64,000 nt of DNA, from the NCBI GenBank assembly GCA_964057225.1, contig OZ059900.1, forward strand, positions 18,848,001-18,912,000, given 5' to 3'. Numbering within the stretch: position 1 is the stretch's first letter; each line of letters starts with the position of its first letter. The notes beneath the pieces were generated by a model. The model saw only the letters and a program-made list of their open reading frames with translations. It was not told the DNA's origin and did not search any database. A program made the position numbers and the translations under genes. The DNA comes from Auanema rhodensis. Lineage: Eukaryota > Animalia > Nematoda. Shown here piece by piece: positions 10,328 to 24,949 of this stretch.

Positions 10328-11269
10328 TTTTTTCTTTTTTTCTAACCCCTGTTTTTTTGTCGTGAAAGTGGAACTAGACGTTGTGCGAACAATTTTGAGC
10401 TAGGTTTCATTGACATTGCATGAGTTTGAACACATGAAATCGTAAGTCAAAACCTTGTTTACAGCGAAATTTCCAAAAACTGGTTTTCCAGCATGATAAA
10501 ATATTTCTCATGGGAAATACTGTGTTTTTGTATTTTTCTAGTGTTCAGCATGTAAAATGCTTCATTTTAGTATGTAACACGCTGAAATTCGTTGCATTTG
10601 ACGACTCATATGAACAAAAATCGATTTAATCAATATTAGCCATAAGGGGCGTGCCCTCAGAATATGCTAATTTCCTTAATTTTCTAACCCCTGTTTTTTT
10701 GTCGTGAAAGTGGAACTAGACGTTGTACAAACAATTTTGAGCTAGGTTTCATTGACATTGCATGAGTTTGAACACATGAAATCGTAAGTCAAAACCTTGT
10801 TTACAGCGAAATTTCCAAAAACTGGTTTTCCAGCATGATAAAATATTTCTCATGGGAAATACTGTGTTTTTGTATTTTTCTAGTGTTCAGCATGTAAAAT
10901 GCTTCATTTTAGTATGTAACACGCTGAAATTCGTTGCATTTGACGACTCATATGAACAAAAATCGATTTAATCAATATTAGCCATAAGGGGCGTGCCCTC
11001 AGAATATGCTAATTTCCTTAATTTTCTACCCCCTGTTTTTTTGTCGTGAAAGTGGAACTAGACGTTGTACAAACAATTTTGAGCTAGGTTTCATTGACAT
11101 TGCATGAGTTTGAACACATGAAATCGTAAGTCAAAACCTTGTTTACAGCGAAATTTCCAAAAACTGGTTTTCCAGCATAATAAAATATTTCTCATGAGAA
11201 ATACTGTGTTTTTGTATTTTTCTAGTGTTCAGCATGTAAAATGCTTCATTTTAGTATGTAACACGCTGA

Positions 11270-14200
11270 AATTCGTTGCATTTGACGACTCATATGAACA
11301 AAAATCGATTTAATCAATATTAGCCATAAGGGGCGTGCCCTCAGAATATGCTAATTTCCTTAATTTTCTAACCCCTGTTTTTTTGTCGTGAAAGTGGAAC
11401 TAGACGTTGTACAAACAATTTTGAGCTAGGTTTCATTGACATTGCATGAGTTTGAACACATGAAATCGTAAGTCAAAACCTTGTTTACAGCGAAATTTCC
11501 AAAAACTGGTTTTCCAGCATAATAAAATATTTCTCATGAGAAATACTGTGTTTTTGTATTTTTCTAGTGTTCAGCATGTAAAATGCTTCATTTTAGTATG
11601 TAACACGCTGAAATTCGTTGCATTTGACGACTCATATGAACAAAAATCGATTTAATCAATATTAGCCATAAGGGGCGTGCCCTCAGAATATGCTAATTTC
11701 CTTAATTTTCTAACCCCTGTTTTTTTGTCGTGAAAGTGGAACTAGACGTTGTACGAACAATTTTGAGCTAGGTTTCATTGACATTGCATGAGTTTGAACA
11801 CATGAAATCGTAAGTCAAAACCTTGTTTACAGCGAAATTTCCAAAAACTGCTTTTCCAGCATAATAAAATATTTCTCATGGGAAATACTGTGTTTTTGTA
11901 TTTTTCTAGTGTTCAGCATGTAAAATGCTTCATTTTAGTATGTAACACGCTGAAATTCGTTGCATTTGACGACTCATATGAACAAAAATCGATTTAATCA
12001 ATATTAGCCATAAGGGGCGTGCCCTCAGAATATGCTAATTTCCTTAATTTTCTAACCCCTGTTTTTTTGTCGTGAAAGTGGAACTAGACGTTGTACAAAC
12101 AATTTTGAGCTAGGTTTCATTGACATTGCATGAGTTTGAACACATGAAATCGTAAGTCAAAACCTTGTTTACAGCGAAATTTCCAAAAACTGGTTTTCCA
12201 GCATAGTAAAATATTTCTCATGAGAAATACTGTGTTTTTGTATTTTTCTAGTGTTCAGCATGTAAAATGCTTCATTTTAGTATGTAACACGCTGAAATTC
12301 GTTGCATTTGACGACTCATATGAACAAAAATCGATTTAATCAATATTAGCCATAAGGGGCGTGCCCTCAGAATATGCTAATTTCCTTAATTTTCTAACCC
12401 CTGTTTTTTTGTCGTGAAAGTGGAACTAGACGTTGTACGAACAATTTTGAGCTAGGTTTCATTGACATTGCATGAGTTTGAACACATGAAATCGTAAGTC
12501 AAAACCTTGTTTACAGCGAAATTTCCAAAAACTGGTTTTCCAGCATAATAAAATATTTCTCATGGGAAATACTGTGTTTTTGTATTTTTCTAGTGTTCAG
12601 CATGTAAAATGCTTCATTTTAGTATGTAACACGCTGAAATTCGTTGCATTTGACGACTCATATGAACAAAAATCGATTTAATCAATATTAGCCATAAGGG
12701 GCGTGCCCTCAGAATATGCTAATTTCCTTAATTTTCTAACCCCTGTTTTTTTGTCGTGAAAGTGGAACTAGACGTTGTACAAACAATTTTGAGCTAGGTT
12801 TCATTGACATTGCATGAGTTTGAACACATGAAATCGTAAGTCAAAACCTTGTTTACAGCGAAATTTCCAAAAACTGGTTTTCCAGCATAATAAAATATTT
12901 CTCATGAGAAATACTGTGTTTTTGTATTTTTCTAGTGTTCAGCATGTAAAATGCTTCATTTTAGTATGTAACACGCTGAAATTCGTTGCATTTGACGACT
13001 CATATGAACAAAAATCGATTTAATCAATATTAGCCATAAGGGGCGTGCCCTCAGAATATGCTAATTTCCTTAATTTTCTAACCCCTGTTTTTTTGTCGTG
13101 AAAGTGGAACTAGACGTTGTACAAACAATTTTGAGCTAGGTTTCATTGACATTGCATGAGTTTGAACACATGAAATCGTAAGTCAAAACCTTGTTTACAG
13201 CGAAATTTCCAAAAACTGGTTTTCCAGCATAATAAAATATTTCTCATGAGAAATACTGTGTTTTTGTATTTTTCTAGTGTTCAGCATGTAAAATGCTTCA
13301 TTTTAGTATGTAACACGCTGAAATTCGTTGCATTTGACGACTCATATGAACAAAAATCGATTTAATCAATATTAGCCATAAGGGGCGTGCCCTCAGAATA
13401 TGCTAATTTCCTTAATTTTCTAACCCCTGTTTTTTTGTCGTGAAAGTGGAACTAGACGTTGTACGAACAATTTTGAGCTAGGTTTCATTGACATTGCATG
13501 AGTTTGAACACATGAAATCGTAAGTCAAAACCTTGTTTACAGCGAAATTTCCAAAAACTGGTTTTCCAGCATAATAAAATATTTCTCATGGGAAATACTG
13601 TGTTTTTGTATTTTTCTAGTGTTCAGCATGTAAAATGCTTCATTTTAGTATGTAACACGCTGAAATTCGTTGCATTTGACGACTCATATGAACAAAAATC
13701 GATTTAATCAATATTAGCCATAAGGGGCGTGCCCTCAGAATATGCTAATTTCCTTAATTTTCTAACCCCTGTTTTTTTGTCGTGAAAGTGGAACTAGACG
13801 TTGTACGAACAATTTTGAGCTAAGTTTCATTGACATTGCATGAGTTTGAACACATGAAATCGTAAGTCAAAACCTTGTTTACAGCGAAATTTCCAAAAAC
13901 TGGTTTTCCAGCATAATAAAATATTTCTCATGGGAAATACTGTGTTTTTGTTTTTTTCTAGTGTTCAGCATGTAAAATGCTTCATTTTAGTATGTAACAC
14001 GCTGAAATTCGTTGCATTTGACGACTCATATGAACAAAAATCGATTTAATCAATATTAGCCATAAGGGGCGTGCCCTCAGAATATGCTAATTTCCTTAAT
14101 TTTCTAACCCCTGTTTTTTTGTCGTGAAAGTGGAACTAGACGTTGTACGAACAATTTTGAGCTAGGTTTCATTGACATTGCATGAGTTTGAACACATGAA

Positions 14201-17200
14201 ATCGTAAGTCAAAACCTTGTTTACAGCGAAATTTCCAAAAACTGGTTTTCCAGCATAATAAAATATTTCTCATGGGAAATACTGTGTTTTTGTATTTTTC
14301 TAGTGTTCAGCATGTAAAATGTTTCATTTTAGTTTGTAACACGCTGAAATTCGTTGCATTTGACGACTCATATGAACAAAAATCGATTTAATTAATATTA
14401 GCCATAAGGGGCGTGCCCTCAGAATATGCTAATTTCCTTAATTTTCTAACCCCTGTTTTTTTGTCGTGAAAGTGGAACTAGACGTTGTACGAACAATTTT
14501 GAGCTAGGTTTCATTGACATTGCATGAGTTTGAACACATGAAATCGTAAGTCAAAACCTTGTTTACAGCGAAATTTCCAAAAACTGGTTTTCCAGCATAA
14601 TAAAATATTTCTCATGGGAAATACTGTGTTTTTGTATTTTTCTAGTGTTCAGCATGTAAAATGCTTCATTTTAGTATGTAACACGCTGAAATTCGTTGCA
14701 TTTGACGACTCATATGAACAAAAATCGATTTAATCAATATTAGCCATAAGGGGCGTGCCCTCAGAATATGCTAATTTCCTTAATTTTCTAACCCCTGTTT
14801 TTTTGTCGTGAAAGTGGAACTAGACGTTGTACGAACAATTTTGAGCTAGGTTTCATTGACATTGCATGAGTTTGAACACATGAAATCGTAAGTCAAAACC
14901 TTGTTTACAGCGAAATTTCCAAAAACTGGTTTTCCAGCATAATAAAATATTTCTCATGGGAAATACTGTGTTTTTGTATTCTTCTAGTGTTCAGCATGTA
15001 AAATGCTTCATTTTAGTATGTAACACGCTGAAATTCGTTGCATTTGACGACTCATATGAACAAAAATCGATTTAATCAATATTAGCCATAAGGGGCGTGC
15101 CCTCAGAATATGCTAATTTCCTTAATTTTCTAACCCCTGTTTTTTTGTCGTGAAAGTGGAACTAGACGTTGTACGAACAATTTTGAGCTAAGTTTCATTG
15201 ACATTGCATGAGTTTGAACACATGAAATCGTAAGTCAAAACCTTGTTTACAGCGAAATTTCCAAAAACTGGTTTTCCAGCATAATAAAATATTTCTCATG
15301 GGAAATACTGTGTTTTTGTTTTTTTCTAGTGTTCAGCATGTAAAATGCTTCATTTTAGTATGTAACACGCTGAAATTCGTTGCATTTGACGACTCATATG
15401 AACAAAAATCGATTTAATTAATATTAGCCATAAGGGGCGTGCCCTCAGAATATGCTAATTTCCTTAATTTTCTAACCCCTGTTTTTTTGTCGTGAAAGTG
15501 GAACTAGACGTTGTACGAACAATTTTGAGCTAGGTTTCATTGACATTGCATGAGTTTGAACACATGAAATCGTAAGTCAAAACCTTGTTTACAGCGAAAT
15601 TTCCAAAAACTGGTTTTCCAGCATAATAAAATATTTCTCATGGGAAATACTGTGTTTTTGTATTTTTCTAGTGTTCAGCATGTAAAATGCTTCATTTTAG
15701 TATGTAACACGCTGAAATTCGTTGCATTTGACGACTCATATGAACAAAAATCGATTTAATCAATATTAGCCATAAGGGGCGTGCCCTCAGAATATGCTAA
15801 TTTCCTTAATTTTCTAACCCCTGTTTTTTTGTCGTGAAAGTGGAACTAGACGTTGTACGAACAATTTTGAGCTAGGTTTCATTGACATTGCATGAGTTTG
15901 AACACATGAAATCGTAAGTCAAAACCTTGTTTACAGCGAAATTTCCAAAAACTGGTTTTCCAGCATAATAAAATATTTCTCATGGGAAATACTGTGTTTT
16001 TGTATTCTTCTAGTGTTCAGCATGTAAAATGCTTCATTTTAGTATGTAACACGCTGAAATTCGTTGCATTTGACGACTCATATGAACAAAAATCGATTTA
16101 ATCAATATTAGCCATAAGGGGCGTGCCCTCAGAATATGCTAATTTCCTTAATTTTCTAACCCCTGTTTTTTTGTCGTGAAAGTGGAACTAGACGTTGTAC
16201 GAACAATTTTGAGCTAGGTTTCATTGACATTGCATGAGTTTGAACACATGAAATCGTAAGTCAAAACCTTGTTTACAGCGAAATTTCCAAAAACTGGTTT
16301 TCCAGCATAATAAAATATTTCTCATGGGAAATACTGTGTTTTTGTATTTTTCTAGTGTTCAGCATGTAAAATGCTTCATTTTAGTATGTAACACGCTGAA
16401 ATTCGTTGCATTTGACGACTCATATGAACAAAAATCGATTTAATCAATATTAGCCATAAGGGGCGTGCCCTCAGAATATGCTAATTTCCTTAATTTTCTA
16501 ACCCCTGTTTTTTTGTCGTGAAAGTGGAACTAGACGTTGTACAAACAATTTTGAGCTAGGTTTCATTGACATTGCATGAGTTTGAAAACATGAAATCGTA
16601 AGTCAAAACCTTGTTTACAGCGAAATTTCCAAAAACTGGTTTTCCAGCATAATAAAATATTTCTCATGAGAAATACTGTGTTTTTGTATTTTTCTAGTGT
16701 TCAGCATGTAAAATGCTTCATTTTAGTATGTAACACGCTGAAATTCGTTGCATTTGACGACTCATATGAACAAAAATCGATTTAATCAATATTAGCCATA
16801 AGGGCCGTGCCCTCAGAATATGCTAATTTCCTTAATTTTCTAACCCCTGTTTTTTTGTCGTGAAAGTGGAACTAGACGTTGTACGAACAATTTTGAGCTA
16901 GGTTTCATTGACATTGCATGAGTTTGAACACATGAAATCGTAAGTCAAAACCTTGTTTACAGCGAAATTTCCAAAAACTGGTTTTCCAGCATAATAAAAT
17001 ATTTCTCATGGGAAATACTGTGTTTTTGTATTTTTCTAGTGTTCAGCATGTAAAATGCTTCATTTTAGTATGTAACACGCTGAAATTCGTTGCATTTGAC
17101 GACTCATATGAACAAAAATCGATTTAATCAATATTAGCCATAAGGGGCGTGCCCTCAGAATATGCTAATTTCCTTAATTTTCTAACCCCTGTTTTTTTGT

Positions 17201-20200
17201 CGTGAAAGTGGAACTAGACGTTGTACAAACAATTTTGAGCTAGGTTTCATTGACATTGCATGAGTTTGAACACATGAAATCGTAAGTCAAAACCTTGTTT
17301 ACAGCGAAATTTCCAAAAACTGGTTTTCCAGCATAATAAAATATTTCTCATGAGAAATACTGTGTTTTTGTATTTTTCTAGTGTTCAGCATGTAAAATGC
17401 TTCATTTTAGTATGTAACACGCTGAAATTCGTTGCATTTGACGACTCATATGAACAAAAATCGATTTAATCAATATTAGCCATAAGGGGCGTGCCCTCAG
17501 AATATGCTAATTTCCTTAATTTTCTAACCCCTGTTTTTTTGTCGTGAAAGTGGAACTAGACGTTGTACGAACAATTTTGAGCTAGGTTTCATTGACATTG
17601 CATGAGTTTGAACACATGAAATCGTAAGTCAAAACCTTGTTTACAGCGAAATTTCCAAAAACTGCTTTTCCAGCATAATAAAATATTTCTCATGGGAAAT
17701 ACTGTGTTTTTGTATTTTTCTAGTGTTCAGCATGTAAAATGCTTCATTTTAGTATGTAACACGCTGAAATTCGTTGCATTTGACGACTCATATGAACAAA
17801 AATCGATTTAATCAATATTAGCCATAAGGGGCGTGCCCTCAGAATATGCTAATTTCCTTAATTTTCTAACCCCTGTTTTTTTGTCGTGAAAGTGGAACTA
17901 GACGTTGTACAAACAATTTTGAGCTAGGTTTCATTGACATTGCATGAGTTTGAACACATGAAATCGTAAGTCAAAACCTTGTTTACAGCGAAATTTCCAA
18001 AAACTGGTTTTCCAGCATAGTAAAATATTTCTCATGAGAAATACTGTGTTTTTGTATTTTTCTAGTGTTCAGCATGTAAAATGCTTCATTTTAGTATGTA
18101 ACACGCTGAAATTCGTTGCATTTGACGACTCATATGAACAAAAATCGATTTAATCAATATTAGCCATAAGGGGCGTGCCCTCAGAATATGCTAATTTCCT
18201 TAATTTTCTAACCCCTGTTTTTTTGTCGTGAAAGTGGAACTAGACGTTGTACGAACAATTTTGAGCTAGGTTTCATTGACATTGCATGAGTTTGAACACA
18301 TGAAATCGTAAGTCAAAACCTTGTTTACAGCGAAATTTCCAAAAACTGGTTTTCCAGCATAATAAAATATTTCTCATGGGAAATACTGTGTTTTTGTATT
18401 TTTCTAGTGTTCAGCATGTAAAATGCTTCATTTTAGTATGTAACACGCTGAAATTCGTTGCATTTGACGACTCATATGAACAAAAATCGATTTAATCAAT
18501 ATTAGCCATAAGGGGCGTGCCCTCAGAATATGCTAATTTCCTTAATTTTCTAACCCCTGTTTTTTTGTCGTGAAAGTGGAACTAGACGTTGTACAAACAA
18601 TTTTGAGCTAGGTTTCATTGACATTGCATGAGTTTGAACACATGAAATCGTAAGTCAAAACCTTGTTTACAGCGAAATTTCCAAAAACTGGTTTTCCAGC
18701 ATAATAAAATATTTCTCATGAGAAATACTGTGTTTTTGTATTTTTCTAGTGTTCAGCATGTAAAATGCTTCATTTTAGTATGTAACACGCTGAAATTCGT
18801 TGCATTTGACGACTCATATGAACAAAAATCGATTTAATCAATATTAGCCATAAGGGGCGTGCCCTCAGAATATGCTAATTTCCTTAATTTTCTAACCCCT
18901 GTTTTTTTGTCGTGAAAGTGGAACTAGACGTTGTACAAACAATTTTGAGCTAGGTTTCATTGACATTGCATGAGTTTGAACACATGAAATCGTAAGTCAA
19001 AACCTTGTTTACAGCGAAATTTCCAAAAACTGGTTTTCCAGCATAATAAAATATTTCTCATGAGAAATACTGTGTTTTTGTATTTTTCTAGTGTTCAGCA
19101 TGTAAAATGCTTCATTTTAGTATGTAACACGCTGAAATTCGTTGCATTTGACGACTCATATGAACAAAAATCGATTTAATCAATATTAGCCATAAGGGGC
19201 GTGCCCTCAGAATATGCTAATTTCCTTAATTTTCTAACCCCTGTTTTTTTGTCGTGAAAGTGGAACTAGACGTTGTACGAACAATTTTGAGCTAGGTTTC
19301 ATTGACATTGCATGAGTTTGAACACATGAAATCGTAAGTCAAAACCTTGTTTACAGCGAAATTTCCAAAAACTGGTTTTCCAGCATAATAAAATATTTCT
19401 CATGGGAAATACTGTGTTTTTGTATTTTTCTAGTGTTCAGCATGTAAAATGCTTCATTTTAGTATGTAACACGCTGAAATTCGTTGCATTTGACGACTCA
19501 TATGAACAAAAATCGATTTAATCAATATTAGCCATAAGGGGCGTGCCCTCAGAATATGCTAATTTCCTTAATTTTCTAACCCCTGTTTTTTTGTCGTGAA
19601 AGTGGAACTAGACGTTGTACGAACAATTTTGAGCTAAGTTTCATTGACATTGCATGAGTTTGAACACATGAAATCGTAAGTCAAAACCTTGTTTACAGCG
19701 AAATTTCCAAAAACTGGTTTTCCAGCATAATAAAATATTTCTCATGGGAAATACTGTGTTTTTGTTTTTTTCTAGTGTTCAGCATGTAAAATGCTTCATT
19801 TTAGTATGTAACACGCTGAAATTCGTTGCATTTGACGACTCATATGAACAAAAATCGATTTAATCAATATTAGCCATAAGGGGCGTGCCCTCAGAATATG
19901 CTAATTTCCTTAATTTTCTAACCCCTGTTTTTTTGTCGTGAAAGTGGAACTAGACGTTGTACGAACAATTTTGAGCTAGGTTTCATCGACATTGCATGAG
20001 TTTGAACACATGAAATCGTAAGTCAAAACCTTGTTTACAGCGAAATTTCCAAAAACTGGTTTTCCAGCATAATAAAATATTTCTCATGGGAAATACTGTG
20101 TTTTTGTATTTTTCTAGTGTTCAGCATGTAAAATGCTTCATTTTAGTATGTAACACGCTGAAATTCGTTGCATTTGACGACTCATATGAACAAAAATCGA

Positions 20201-22213
20201 TTTAATCAATATTAGCCATAAGGGGCGTGCCCTCAGAATATGCTAATTTCCTTAATTTTCTAACCCCTGTTTTTTTGTCGTGAAAGTGGAACTAGACGTT
20301 GTACGAACAATTTTGAGCTAAGTTTCATTGACATTGCATGAGTTTGAACACATGAAATCGTAAGTCAAAACCTTGTTTACAGCGAAATTTCCAAAAACTG
20401 GTTTTCCAGCATAATAAAATATTTCTCATGGGAAATACTGTGTTTTTGTTTTTTTCTAGTGTTCAGCATGTAAAATGCTTCATTTTAGTATGTAACACGC
20501 TGAAATTCGTTGCATTTGACGACTCATATGAACAAAAATCGATTTAATTAATATTAGCCATAAGGGGCGTGCCCTCAGAATATGCTAATTTCCTTAATTT
20601 TCTAACCCCTGTTTTTTTGTCGTGAAAGTGGAACTAGACGTTGTACGAACAATTTTGAGCTAGGTTTCATTGACATTGCATGAGTTTGAACACATGAAAT
20701 CGTAAGTCAAAACCTTGTTTACAGCGAAATTTCCAAAAACTGGTTTTCCAGCATAATAAAATATTTCTCATGGGAAATACTGTGTTTTTGTATTTTTCTA
20801 GTGTTCAGCATGTGAAATGCTTCATTTTAGTATGTAACACGCTGAAATTCGTTGCATTTGACGACTCATATGAACAAAAATCGATTTAATCAATATTAGC
20901 CATAAGGGGCGTGCCCTCAGAATATGCTAATTTCCTTAATTTTCTAACCCCTGTTTTTTTGTCGTGAAAGTGGAACTAGACGTTGTACGAACAATTTTGA
21001 GCTAGGTTTCATTGACATTGCATGAGTTTGAACACATGAAATCGTAAGTCAAAACCTTGTTTACAGCGAAATTTCCAAAAACTGGTTTTCCAGCATAATA
21101 AAATATTTCTCATGGGAAATACTGTGTTTTTGTATTCTTCTAGTGTTCAGCATGTAAAATGCTTCATTTTAGTATGTAACACGCTGAAATTCGTTGCATT
21201 TGACGACTCATATGAACAAAAATCGATTTAATCAATATTAGCCATAAGGGGCGTGCCCTCAGAATATGCTAATTTCCTTAATTTTCTAACCCCTGTTTTT
21301 TTGTCGTGAAAGTGGAACTAGACGTTGTACGAACAATTTTGAGCTAGGTTTCATTGACATTGCATGAGTTTGAACACATGAAATCGTAAGTCAAAACCTT
21401 GTTTACAGCGAAATTTCCAAAAACTGGTTTTCCAGCATAATAAAATATTTCTCATGGGAAATACTGTGTTTTTGTATTTTTCTAGTGTTCAGCATGTAAA
21501 ATGCTTCATTTTAGTATGTAACACGCTGAAATTCGTTGCATTTGACGACTCATATGAACAAAAATCGATTTAATCAATATTAGCCATAAGGGGCGTGCCC
21601 TCAGAATATGCTAATTTCCTTAATTTTCTAACCCCTGTTTTTTTGTCGTGAAAGTGGAACTAGACGTTGTACAAACAATTTTGAGCTAGGTTTCATTGAC
21701 ATTGCATGAGTTTGAAAACATGAAATCGTAAGTCAAAACCTTGTTTACAGCGAAATTTCCAAAAACTGGTTTTCCAGCATAATAAAATATTTCTCATGAG
21801 AAATACTGTGTTTTTGTATTTTTCTAGTGTTCAGCATGTAAAATGCTTCATTTTAGTATGTAACACGCTGAAATTCGTTGCATTTGACGACTCATATGAA
21901 CAAAAATCGATTTAATCAATATTAGCCATAAGGGCCGTGCCCTCAGAATATGCTAATTTCCTTAATTTTCTAACCCCTGTTTTTTTGTCGTGAAAGTGGA
22001 ACTAGACGTTGTACGAACAATTTTGAGCTAGGTTTCATTGACATTGCATGAGTTTGAACACATGAAATCGTAAGTCAAAACCTTGTTTACAGCGAAATTT
22101 CCAAAAACTGGTTTTCCAGCATAATAAAATATTTCTCATGGGAAATACTGTGTTTTTGTATTTTTCTAGTGTTCAGCATGTAAAATGCTTCATTTTAGTA
22201 TGTAACACGCTGA
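11270..22213 (+). repeat. 17-monomer block followed by a 15-monomer derivative copy
   Basis: ACTGCTTTT 11851/17665, CATAGTAA 12206/18020 and GCTAAGTT 13823/19637 are each 5814 apart. TGAAAACA (~16587/21717) and AGGGCCGT (16801/21931) are 5130 apart. Confidence 0.85.
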
Positions 22214-24949
22214 AATTCGTTGCATTTGACGACTCATATGAACAAAAATCGATTTAATGAATATTAGCCATAAGGGGCGTGCCCTCAGAATATGCTAATT
22301 TCCTTAATTTTCTAACCCCTGTTTTTTTGTCGTGAAAGTGGAACTAGACGTTGTACAAACAATTTTGAGCTAGGTTTCATTGACATTGCATGAGTTTGAA
22401 CACATGAAATCGTAAGTCAAAACCTTGTTTACAGCGAAATTTCCAAAAACTGGTTTTCCAGCATAATAAAATATTTCTCATGAGATATACTGTGTTTTTG
22501 TATTTTTCTAGTGTTCAGCATGTAAAATGCTTCATTTTAGTATGTAACACGCTGAAATTCGTTGCATTTGACGACTCATATGAACAAAAATCGATTTAAT
22601 CAATATTAGCCATAAGGGGCGTGCCCTCAGAATATGCTAATTTCCTTAATTTTCTAACCCCTGTTTTTTTGTCGTGAAAGTGGAACTAGACGTTGTACGA
22701 ACAATTTTGAGCTAGGTTTCATTGACATTACATGAGTTTGAACACATGAAATCGTAAGTCAAAACCTTGTTTACAGCGAAATTTCCAAAAACTGGTTTTC
22801 CAGCATAATAAAATATTTCTCATGGGAAATACTGTGTTTTTGTATTCTTCTAGTGTTCAGCATGTAAAATGCTTCATTTTAGTTTGTAACACGCTGAAAT
22901 TCGTTGCATTTGACGACTCATATGAACAAAAATCGATTTAATCAATATTAGCCATAAGGGGCGTGCCCTCAGAATATGCTAATTTCCTTAATTTTCTAAC
23001 CCTTGTTTTTTTGTCGTGAAAGTGGAACTAGACGTTGTACAAACAATTTTGAGCTAGGTTTCATTGACATTGCATGAGTTTGAACACATGAAATCGTAAG
23101 TCAAAACCTTGTTTACAGCGAAATTTCCAAAAACTGGTTTTCCAGCATAATAAAATATTTCTCATGGGAAATACTGTGTTTTTGTTTTTTTCTAGTGTTC
23201 AGCATGTAAAATGCTTCATTTTAGTATGTAACACGCTAAAATTCGTTGCATTTGACGAATCATATGAACAAAAATCGATTTAATCAATATTAGCCATAAG
23301 GGGCGTGCCCTCAGAATATGCTAATTTCCTTAATTTTCTAACCCCTGTTTTTTTGTCGTGAAAGTGGAACTAGACGTTGTACGAACAATTTTGAGCTAGG
23401 TTTCATTGACATTGCATGAGTTTGAACACATGAAATCGTAAGTCAAAACCTTGTTTACAGCGAAATTTCCAAAAACTGCTTTTCCAGCATAATAAAATAT
23501 TTCTCATGGGAAATACTGTGTTTTTGTATTTTTCTAGTGTTCAGCATGTAAAATGCTCCATTTTAGTATGTAACACGCTGAAATTCGTTGCATTTGACGA
23601 CTCATATGAACAAAAATCGATTTAATCAATATTAGCCATAAGGGGCGTGCCCTCAGAATATGCTAATTTCCTTAATTTTCTAACCCCTGTTTTTTTGTCG
23701 TGAAAGTGGAACTAGACGTTGTACGAACAATTTTGAGCTAGGTTTCATTGACATTGCATGAGTTTGAAAACATGAAATCGTAAGTCAAAACCTTGTTTAC
23801 AGCGAAATTTCCAAAAACTGGTTTTCCAGCATAATAAAATATTTCTCATGGGAAATACTGTGTTTTTGTATTTTTCTAGTGTTCAGCATGTAAAATGCTT
23901 CATTTTAGTATGTAACACGCTGAAATTCGTTGCATTTGACGACTCATATGAACAAAAATCGATTTAATCAATATTAGCCATAAGGGGCGTGCCCTCAGAA
24001 TATGCTAATTTCCTTAATTTTCTAACCCCTGTTTTTTTGTCGTGAAAGTGGAACTAGACGTTGTACGAACAATTTTGAGCTAGGTTTCATTGACATTGCA
24101 TGAGTTTGAACACATGAAATCGTAAGTCAAAACCTTGTTTACAGCGAAATTTCCAAAAACTGGTTTTCCAGCATAATAAAATATTTCTCATGGGAAATAC
24201 TGTGTTTTTGTATTCTTCTAGTGTTCAGCATGTAAAATGCTTCATTTTAGTTTGTAACACGCTGAAATTCGTTGCATTTGACGACTCATATGAACAAAAA
24301 TCGATTTAATCAATATTAGCCATAAGGGGCGTGCCCTCAGAATATGCTAATTTCCTTAATTTTCTAACCCTTGTTTTTTTGTCGTGAAAGTGGAACTAGA
24401 CGTTGTACAAACAATTTTGAGCTAGGTTTCATTGACATTGCATGAGTTTGAACACATGAAATCGTAAGTCAAAACCTTGTTTACAGCGAAATTTCCAAAA
24501 ACTGGTTTTCCAGCATGATAAAATATTTCTCATGGGAAATACTGTGTTTTTGTATTTTTCTAGTGTTCAGCATGTAAAATGCTTCATTTTAGTATGTAAC
24601 ACGCTGAAATTCGTTGCATTTGACGACTCATATGAACAAAAATCGATTTAATCAATATTAGCCATAAGGGGCGTGCCCTCAGAATATGCTAATTTCCTTA
24701 ATTTTCTAACCCTTGTTTTTTTGTCGTGAAAGTGGAACTAGACGTTGTACAAACAATTTTGAGCTAGGTTTCATTGACATTGCATGAGTTTGAACACATG
24801 AAATCGTAAGTCAAAACCTTGTTTACAGCGAAATTTCCAAAAACTGGTTTTCCAGCATGATAAAATATTTCTCATGGGAAATACTGTGTTTTTGTATTTT
24901 TCTAGTGTTCAGCATGTAAAATGCTTCATTTTAGTATGTAACACGCTGA

